A DNA stretch of 64,000 bases, taken from the NCBI GenBank assembly GCA_964016885.1, contig OZ024766.1:8928001-8992000 (forward strand), given 5' to 3'. The position numbers and the translations under genes are program-made. The stretch comes from Eledone cirrhosa (lineage: Eukaryota). Each line of letters opens with the position of its first letter. The first letter of the stretch is position 1. This document shows positions 55,414 to 64,000 of this stretch, one piece after another. Under the pieces are notes generated by a model. It searched no databases and was not told where the DNA came from. It saw only the letters and a program-made list of their open reading frames with translations.

Positions 55414-56170
55414 TTGTTTCTACTTTAGGCACAAGGCCAGCAATTAACCAGTTCATTACTGGTACTTTATTTTATCGACCCCGTAAGGATGAAAGGCAAA
55501 GTCAACCTCGGCGGGATTTGAACTCAGATCGTAAAGGGACGTAACTATGCTTGAAAGCGTGGCGTCCAACCCTCTACCGATACTGCCATGGATTTAAGTA
55601 ATAATTGTTTCTACTTTAGGCACAAGGCCAGCAATCACCCAGTGCATTACTGGTACTTTATTTTATCGACCCCGTAAGGATGAAAGGCAAAGTCAACCTC
55701 GGCGGGATTTGAACTCAGATCGTAAAGGGACGTAACTATGCTTGAAAGCGTGGCGTCCAACCCTCTACCGATACTGCCATGGATTTAAGTAATAATTGTT
55801 TCTACTTTAGGCACAAGGCCAGCAATCACCCAGTGCATTACTGGTACTTTATTTTATCGACCCCGTAAGGATGAAAGGCAAAGTCAACCTCGGCGGGATT
55901 TGAACTCAGATCGTAAAGGGACGTAACTATGCTTGAAAGCGTGGCGTCCAACCCTCTACCGATACTGCCATGGATTTAAGTAATAATTGTTTCTACTTTA
56001 GGCACAAGGCCAGCAATCACCCAGTGCATTACTGGTACTTTATTTTATCGACCCCGTAAGGATGAAAGGCAAAGTCAACCTCGGCGGGATTTGAACTCAG
56101 ATCGTAAAGGGACGTAACTCTATGCTAGAAAGCATGCCGTCCGACCCTCTACCGATGCTGCCATGGATTT
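55414..56170 (-). repeat. Four head-to-tail copies of SINE family A (191-bp period)
   Basis: TTGTTTCTACTTTAGGCACAAGGCCAGC...GGGATTTGAACTCAGATCG...ACCGATACTGCCATGG starting at about 55414, 55605, 55796 and 55987. Confidence 0.9.
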
Positions 56171-56184
56171 AAGTAATAATATTG

Positions 56185-56480
56185 TATAAGAACCTTTTGA
56201 AGCGCCTGGTCTACTTGAAATATTGTATACAACCCATCGCCTCATCGCTGTCAGCTTGCTCAATGTCTCTGTAACAGACTTCCCAAATTGAAGGCAGAAT
56301 TTCAAGTTGGTTCTTTGTTCTAACTACCTGTTCCTCACAAAATCGTAGGCCACAGTATACATGTGATAACAACACTAATGTCACACCTTGCAATGTCACT
56401 CAGTATATTGTATGAAGGTCACTGCATGCACAACCGAGTATTACCATCTGTTGGCCGGCCACAGAACTAGTCCAGAAATA
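56185..56480 (-). mobile_element. mariner-like DNA transposon 5' remnant
   Basis: LKFCLQFGKSVTETLSKL...DEAMG resembles the mariner transposase N-terminal HTH region; possible terminus TATTTCTGGACTAG. Confidence 0.6.
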
Positions 56481-56544
56481 TAAATATGGCAAGGGCGGTG
56501 CCCCAGCATGGCCTCAGCCGGATGGCTGAAACAGGTAAAAGAGT

Positions 56545-58062
56545 ATGGAAAGGTTAAACTGTTTATATTTATCTAAAAACCTTCCATTGTAATTTCATGT
56601 AAGAACCTTTGTTAAGTTATGTTCCAAACACCCCTGGTTCTATGATACAAAACTGTTTTAAAGTGTTTATATTTATCTAAAAACCTTCCAGCATAATTTT
56701 ATGTAAGAACCTTTGTTAAGTTATGTTCCAAACACCCCTGGTTCTATGATACAAAACTTTGTTTTAAAGTGTTTATATTTATCTAAAACCTTCCATCATA
56801 ATTTTATGTAAGAACCTTTGTTAAGTTATGTTCCAAACACCCCTGGTTCTATGATACAAAACTGTTTTAAAGTGTTTATATTTATCTAAAAACCTTCCAG
56901 CATAATTTTATGTAAGAACCTTTGTTAAGTTATGTTCCAAACACCCCTGGTTCTATGATATAAAACTTTGTTTTAAAGTGTTTATATTTATCTAAAAACC
57001 TTCCAGCATAATTTTATGTAAGAACCTTTGTTAAGTTATGTTCCAAACACCCCTGGTTCTATGATATAAAACTTTGTTTTAAAGTGTTTATATTTATCTA
57101 AAACCTTCCATCATAATTTTATGTAAGAACCTTTGTTAAGTTATGTTCCAAACACCCCTGGTTCTATGATACAAAACTGTTTTAAAGTGTTTATATTTAT
57201 CTAAAACCTTCCATCATAATTCTATGTAAGAACCTTTGTTAAGTTATGTTCCAAACACCCCTGCTTCTATGATACAAAACTGTTTTAAAGTGTTTATATT
57301 TATCTAAAACCTATCATAATTATATGTAAGAACCTTTGTTAAGTTATGTTCCAAACACCCCTGCTTCTATGATACAAAACTGTTTTAAAGTGTTTATATT
57401 TATCTAAAACCTATCATAATTTTATGTAAGAACCTTTGTTAAGTTATGTTCCAAACACCCCTGCTTCTATGATACAAAACTGTTTTAAAGTGTTTATATT
57501 TATCTAAAACCTATCATAATTTTATGTAAGAACCTTTGTTAAGTTATGTTCCAAACACCCCTGCTTCTATGATACAAAACTGTTTTAAAGTGTTTATATT
57601 TATCTAAAACCTATCATAATTTTATGTAAGAACCTTTGTTAAGTTATGTTCCAAACACCCCTGGTTCTATGATACAAAACTGTTTTAAAGTGTTTATATT
57701 TATCTAAAACCTATCATAATTATATGTAAGAACCTTTGTTAAGTTATGTTCCAAACACCCCTGGTTCTATGATACAAAACTGTTTTAAAGTGTTTATATT
57801 TATCTAAAACCTATCATAATTTTATGTAAGAACCTTTGTTAAGTTATGTTCCAAACACCCCTGGTTCTATGATATAAAACTGTTTTAAAGTGTTTATATT
57901 TATCTAAAACCTTTTATCATAATTTTATGTAAGAACCTGTGTTAAGTTATGTTCCAAACACCCCTGGTTCTATGATACAAAACTGTTTTAAAGTGTTTAT
58001 ATTTATCAAAAAACTTCCATCATAATTTTATGTAAGAACCTGTGTTAAGTTATGTTCCAAAT
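56545..58062. repeat. ~120-bp AT-rich tandem repeat, about 12-13 copies
   Basis: Unit AAAGTGTTTATATTTATCTAAAACCT...ATAATTTTATGTAAGAACCTTTGTTAAGTTATGTTCCAAACACCCCTGGTTCTATGATACAAAACTGTTTT. Confidence 0.95.
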
Positions 58063-58078
58063 AAAAAGATCAACTCAC

Positions 58079-58124
58079 CAATTGTTATGAGAAACAGGAA
58101 GCGAATGTCAACACCAAAGGTCAT
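58079..58124 (-). CDS. Predicted exon 1 of the M4 protease (N-terminal part of the signal peptide)
   Basis: ACAAC-ATG at 58124 gives MTFGVDIRFLFLITI plus one base G, followed by the consensus donor GTGAGT (58078-58073). Phase 1 matches the acceptor at 48890 (G|CG = Ala), giving MTFGVDIRFLFLITIALLESDVVLSVKW... Confidence 0.78.
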
Positions 58125-58327
58125 GTTGTATCCCTTCTACGTGGTCAGCAAGATGTGTTGAAAAACTAGCGGTCAGTGAGGGCCGGAATTTCAGCCAGTA
58201 ACAGCAAAGATGACAGTAGGACAGTGGTCAAACTTTAGAAATTTAACAATGACCAGGACAGCAGTTTCCAGTTGTGGTCACTTGGTCAGAAATTGGTAGG
58301 GTACAAATGCCACCTCTCGCTCCCTCA

Positions 58328-58824
58328 ATTAGCATTTAAACCGGCAGTATCTGGCCAGAATTCTCTCACATTCTTCTGTTCAAACCAGCCATAACTGGCC
58401 ACTCATACTGATGTTAAGGTATTGTTCTCAAAATAATTATCAACAAAATCTCATAGATTTGATATTATGTGAGGTAAAGCCTTTACCATGAAAATACAAT
58501 AGTATATATAGAGTAATGTAAATGTTATGTGAGATATTATGTGAGGTAAAGCCTTGACTGTGAAAATACAATAGTATATATAGAGTAATGTAAATGTTAT
58601 GTGAGATATTATGTGAGGTAAAGCCTTTACTGTGACAATACAATAGTATATATAGAGTAATGTAAATGTTATGTGAGATATTATGTGAGGTAAAGCCTTG
58701 ACTGTGAAAATACAATAGTATATATAGAGTAATGTAAATGTTATGTGAGATATTATGTGAAGTAAAGCCTTGACTGTGAAAATACAATAGTATATATAGA
58801 GTAATGTAAATGTTAAAGGGTTAA
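58328..58824 (+). mobile_element. MITE copy carrying about 5 units of the 72-bp satellite
   Basis: Left part TAGCATTTAAACCGGC..TCTGGCCAGAATTCT matches 28125-28200; right end TAAATGTTAAAGGGTTAA. Confidence 0.65.
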
Positions 58825-59442
58825 TGCCCCAGGTTTGAAGATACTGTAGCTGTTGTGTGTTGTAGTTAAAGTGAACAGCTATTTGGACTGCAACTGTTAT
58901 ATGTACCCTAAATTTCTGCAATTCAATACAGACATACAAACATATATATATATGTATGTATGTATGTATGCGTATATATAAATATATATATATGTGTATG
59001 TATGTATGCGTATATACACATGTATATATATATATATATGTATGTATGTGCATTTATATATCTTTCAACACACATACATACATATACATATATGCTTTAA
59101 CTTTAATGTTATTTTAATAAATATATATATATATATATGTGCATTTATATATACACATGTATGTATAATTATATATGCAATTATCTATGCCTCTTAACCT
59201 TAACTACCTTATATATATATATATATACACACATATACATACACACATACATATATATATATGTGTGTGTGTGTATGTGTAATATAATTATTTCATTACC
59301 CAGAGTTTTACAAAATTAGCCGATTCCAAAATATCTTTTATGCATGTATATATATAGTAATAATAATAAATTTGAAGACTAAAATCCAAAGAGGGCTCGA
59401 TAAGGATAAATATATATCAAATATATAAGAACCGTAGAGCAA

Positions 59443-60310
59443 ATATTTATTAAAATAACAGATTAAAGTTTAAGCAAAGAATCGCTGCTTTCACCCTTAA
59501 CGGGATCTTCTGAAACTGACAAAGTCAATCTGTAAACGCAGAAGTGAATATTTCAAAAAACGTTGCAACCGGAGGAAGACGATATTTTGGTTCGTGGAAA
59601 CGTTCGCTGGCAAAGAACGGGAGAAAACGAATAATACGTCATTAATAGGAGTGGTGAAAAACAATTACACGCGAAGACAGAACCACGTTTATGGTATAAA
59701 AGAAGTCGTAGACTAATGTTCTCTGAGGTGGTGCATAGAGACGTTCTCTGGAAATGAACGGAAAAAACGAAGATAATACGTCATATGTGGAGCGTGGAGA
59801 ACAATAGCACGCAAAGACAAAACCACGTAAATGGTATAGCAGAAGTCGTAGACTAAAATTCTAACTAGGAAACCGAATGATTCTCGGCTTCAGAGTTAAG
59901 AATAAAGTAAATAAAATACAGAGGTAATTGAAATTAAATAAATACATACACGCATCCAAATATACCATAGGTATACAAAACCACGCACATATAAATATGT
60001 GTGTGTGTGTGCGTATATACAAATAATTAAATAAACGTATATAAATAAATAAATACGTATATAACAAGCGCACACACATACCTACATGTAAATACACAAA
60101 TGATGTATTATATTCGTTTTTTCCCGTTCTTTGCCAGCGAACGTTCCCACGAACCTAAGTATCGTCTTCCTGTCTTCCTCCGGTTGCAATGTTTTTTAAA
60201 ATATTCACTTCTGCGTTTACAGATTGACTCTGTTAGTTTCAGAAGATCCCGTTAAGGGTGAAAGCAGCGATTCTTTGCTTAAACTTTAATCTGTTATTTT
60301 AATAAATATA
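59443..60310. repeat. ~200-bp inverted repeat pair, possibly from a Penelope-like element
   Basis: 59443-59643 is the reverse complement of about 60099-60310. Partial copies at 18152-18220 and 24732-24788. Confidence 0.8.
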
Positions 60311-60969
60311 TATATATATATCACGATAAATTAACAGAGCCATAGGCCCTCACAATTCCCTGTCCCCTAATGTGCTCAAAGGAGAAGAAATCCTGAGCTC
60401 TTTAAAATACAATTTTTTTCCCTGTTTTATTGATAGCGCACTGTATATCTCTCTCTGGTGTGTTACCTTTTCAACATATTGTATATATATATATATATAT
60501 ATCATCATCATACCTCTATACACTATATATATTATATATATATACACTATATACTCTCTATATATTATATATACACTCTTTATTATGTCCAATGATACAA
60601 CTTGGCACCAGTGACATCACAACTCATTTCTACAGCTGAGTAAACTGGAGCAATGTGAAATAAAGTGTCTTGCTCAAAGAAACAACACATCACCCGGTCT
60701 GAGAATTGAACTCACAACCTTTCAATTGCAAGTCCAATGCTCTAACCACTAAGCCTTCACTAACCACTGCAAACCACCCCCAAAATCATTTTTTACGAGT
60801 TTTAAAATAGAAACTGTGCAGTTACAAGGAAAATGACAATTATAATAACATAATAAAAACATAATGTAAAAGAAATATGTAAACTGATTTTGTTAATTGT
60901 ATGAAAATCACTCGTTCTGTGCATTTCCACTCATATTACAAGACAAAAATTTGCATGAGGCTCGGCTTT

Positions 60970-61995
60970 TATAGCATGACACCTACATGACCACTTTACA
61001 GTGTGGACTGGGTGGTTTTTGTCATGACACCTACATGACCACTTTACAGTGTGGACTGGGTGCTTTTTAGCATGACACCTACATGACCACTTCACAGTGT
61101 GGACTGGGTACTTTTTGTCATGACACCTACATGACCACTTTACTGTGTGGACTGGGTACTTTTTAGCATGACACCTACATGACCACTTTACAGTGTGGAC
61201 TGGGTACTTTTTGTCATGACACCTACATGACCACTTCACAGTGTGGACTGGGTACTTTTTGTCATGACACCTACATGACCACTTTACTGTGTGGACTGGG
61301 TACTTTTTAGCATGACACCTACATGACCACTTTACAGTGTGGACTGGGTGCTTTTTAGCATGACACCTACATGACCACTTCACAGTGTGGACTGGGTACT
61401 TTTTGTCATGACACCTACATGACCACTTTACTGTGTGGACTGGGTACTTTTTAGCATGACACCTACATGACCACTTTACAGTGTGGACTGGGTACTTTTT
61501 GTCATGACACCTACATGACCACTTCACAGTGTGGACTGGGTACTTTTTGTCATGACACCTACATGACCACTTTACAGTGTGGACTGGGTACTTTTTAGCA
61601 TGACACCTACATGACCACTTCACAGTGTGGACTGGGTACTTTTTGTCATGACACCTAGATGACCACTTCACAGTGTGGACTGGGTACTTTTTGTCATGAC
61701 ACCTACATGACCACTTCACAGTGTGGACTGGGTACTTTTTAGCATGACACCTACATGACCACTTTACAGTGTGGACTGGGTACTTTTTGTCATGACACCT
61801 ACATGACCACTTCACAGTGTGGACTGGGTACTTTTTGTCATGACACCTACATGACCACTTTACAGTGTGGACTGGGTGCTTTTTGGCATGACACCTACAT
61901 GACCACTTTACAGTGTGGACTGGGTGTTTTTTGTTGTGTCACCGACACAACCACTTTACAGTGTGGACTGGATGCTTCTTGTCATGACACCTAGA
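60970..61995. repeat. 48-bp SINE-derived satellite
   Basis: Same family as 12455-13790 (CATGACACCTACATGACCACTTTACAGTGTGGACTGGGTACTTTTT). Confidence 0.96.
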
Positions 61996-62434
61996 CGATA
62001 TATAATATATATATACACACACACACACACGCACACTCAGGGTGACCACAAAAACACTAAGAGCTTAATTATAGCAACAAAAGGAGCAGACATTGAGTGC
62101 CTTTGATATCAACCAATACCACATGAAACTTTGTTAGTTTATGCAACTGTAGCCACCAAAATTGTAAGAATATTCATTTAAGTTTTCATATAACTATTTG
62201 AAACCAAGGAATATTTTTGAGGTCATCCTGTCCTCCATATATTTTTTTTGTCTTTTATTAAAGAATTTTTAAAAAACAGGAAAAAACTATACTTTATTTG
62301 AGGAAAACGTAAAAATATTTGGATGGACGGATTTAAGAATTGTTTTTTCTTTAAAATATAAATACAAATATTCCTTGTTCGGACACACTGTTTTCTTTTT
62401 TCATTTATACACCAACGAATATTGTTACATATAA

Positions 62435-62915
62435 AGGGTAAAGGCCCCCTTTGGTCACAAATAACCATGGGATTTACACCTACATAGTTCTTCTCCAAGG
62501 TACAAGACCAGGCAAGGTTGTTTGTGGAACACCAGCAGTCACCCATGTACACCAGTCTCTCCTGTCTCCTCTCTCCACACCACCGATGTTGTCCAAGGGA
62601 AAGGTAATGGCTGATACAGCTTGGCACCAGTGACATCACAATATATATATATATATACACTATATATGATGTTGTCTAAGGGAAAGGTAATGGCTGATAC
62701 AGCTTGGCCCCAGTGACATTACAACATATATATATATATACACTATATATGATGTTGTCCAAGGGAAAGGTAATGGCTGACACAGCTTGGCACCAGTGAT
62801 GTCATAATATATACTATATATACACTATATACTTTGTATATACACTATATATTCTATATATGATGTCAAGAGAAAGGCAAAAACTGATACAGCTTGGCAC
62901 CAGTGACGTGGCAGT
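62435..62915 (-). mobile_element. SINE 3' portion with tandemly duplicated segments
   Basis: CCTTTGGTCACAAATAACCATGGGATT...CAAGGTTGTTTGTGGAA..CAGCAGTC...GATGTTGTCCAAGGGAAAGG..GATACAGCTTGGCACCAGTGAC. The last motif joins the tRNA-head SINE body at 60595-60755. Confidence 0.7.
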
Positions 62916-62922
62916 ATATACA

Positions 62923-62954
<32 letters not shown>

Positions 62955-63184
62955 GAACGAGTAGGACCCCGACGGCTGAGCTCAAGCCGTTTCGACGGCT
63001 AATTCTGGACTCAGAATCAGCCGTCGAAACGGCTTGAGCTCAGCCGTCGGGGTCCTACTCGTTCCTATTACCCACTCTACTACCCTAAGTATTGAGTACT
63101 TTGGTGCGTTATGGTCCACCTGGTTCCTTACCACATTTCCTTCATTATATATATACACTACATACTTTATATATACACTATATA

Positions 63185-63222
<38 letters not shown>

Positions 63223-63316
63223 TATATATGATGTTGTCCAAGGAAAAGGTAATGGCTGATACAGCTTGACACCAGTGATGTCATAATATATACTCTCTAT
63301 ATATATATATACAGAC

Positions 63317-63347
<31 letters not shown>

Positions 63348-63494
63348 TATATAGTATATATATATACACTATATATGATGTTGCCCAAGGGAAAGACCAA
63401 GGTTGATACAGCTTGGCACCAGTGACGTTGCAATATATATACACACTATATATACACTATATATACTCTATATATAATATATATACACTATGTA

Positions 63495-64000
63495 GGGCTA
63501 GCTAGGTGAGGTGGGTTTAGGATGGAGGTCTCACCTCTTCTTTAACAGGGAGGCCATGGTGTGTGTGTAGAGGGAGAGAGAGAGAAGGGGCTAGAAGGAT
63601 GGGGATTCTCATCTTCAGCAGGGAGGCCATGGTGTGTCTATGTAGAGGGAGAAGGGGCTAGCTAGGTGAGGCAGGGCTGGGACCATGGGGGGGGGGGTCT
63701 CACCTCATCTTCAGCAGGGAGGCCATGGTGTGTGTATGTAGAGGGAGAAGGAGCTAGCTAGGTGAGGCAGGGCTGGGACCACGGGGGAAGGGGTCTCACC
63801 TCATCTTCAGCAGGGAGGCCATGGTGTGTGTATGTAGAGGGAGAAGGGGCTAGCTAGGTGAGGCAGGGCTGGGACCACGGGGGAAGGGGTCTCACCTCAT
63901 CTTCAGCAGGGAGGCCATGGTGTGTGTATGTAGAGGGAGAAGGGGCTAGCTAGGTGAGGCAGGGCTGGGACCACGGGGGGGTCTCACCTCATCTTCAGCA
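63495..64000. repeat. ~95-100-bp G-rich tandem repeat running off the window end
   Basis: GGGAGGCCATGGTGTGTGTATGTAGAGGGAGAAGGGGCTAGCTAGGTGAGGCAGGGCTGGGACCACGGGG...TCTCACCTCATCTTCAGCA repeated about 5 times. Confidence 0.9.

Noticed and set aside
60931-61815. Cys/His-rich repeat protein (KWSCRCHDKKYPVHTV)n as a metal-binding protein
   Set aside because: Translation of the 48-bp SINE-derived satellite; the same applies to 12924-13643, 20160-21199 and 40712-41943.

Overview
Eukaryotic, repeat-dominated genomic DNA. The C2H2 zinc-finger gene, tRNA-derived SINEs, RTE and CR1-type LINE debris and (TA)n/(CA)n microsatellites suggest an animal, probably an octopus (inference, no database check). More than half the window is tandem satellite, and most long ORFs in the ORF track are satellite artefacts. 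Two protein-coding genes are supported: the 3' end of a poly-C2H2 zinc-finger gene (1-951, +) and a secreted M4 (thermolysin/vibriolysin/pseudolysin-like) zinc metalloprotease on the minus strand. The M4 gene has the bacterial architecture (FTP, PepSY, M4 catalytic, PPC) but appears integrated as an animal gene. A 46-nt signal-peptide exon at 58124-58079 splices in phase across a 9.2-kb GT-AG intron to a single 2.9-kb exon (48889-45948), giving 995 aa. Between the propeptide and the enzyme sits an insert of about 24 14-aa repeats with a furin site, 12 Lys-Arg sites and 9 N-glycosylation sequons, resembling a peptide precursor fused into a protease. Several satellites can be traced to internal expansions of SINEs, LINE tails and a TTAA/piggyBac-like MITE. 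Several palindromes sit on or beside hammerhead-like cores reminiscent of Penelope-like elements.
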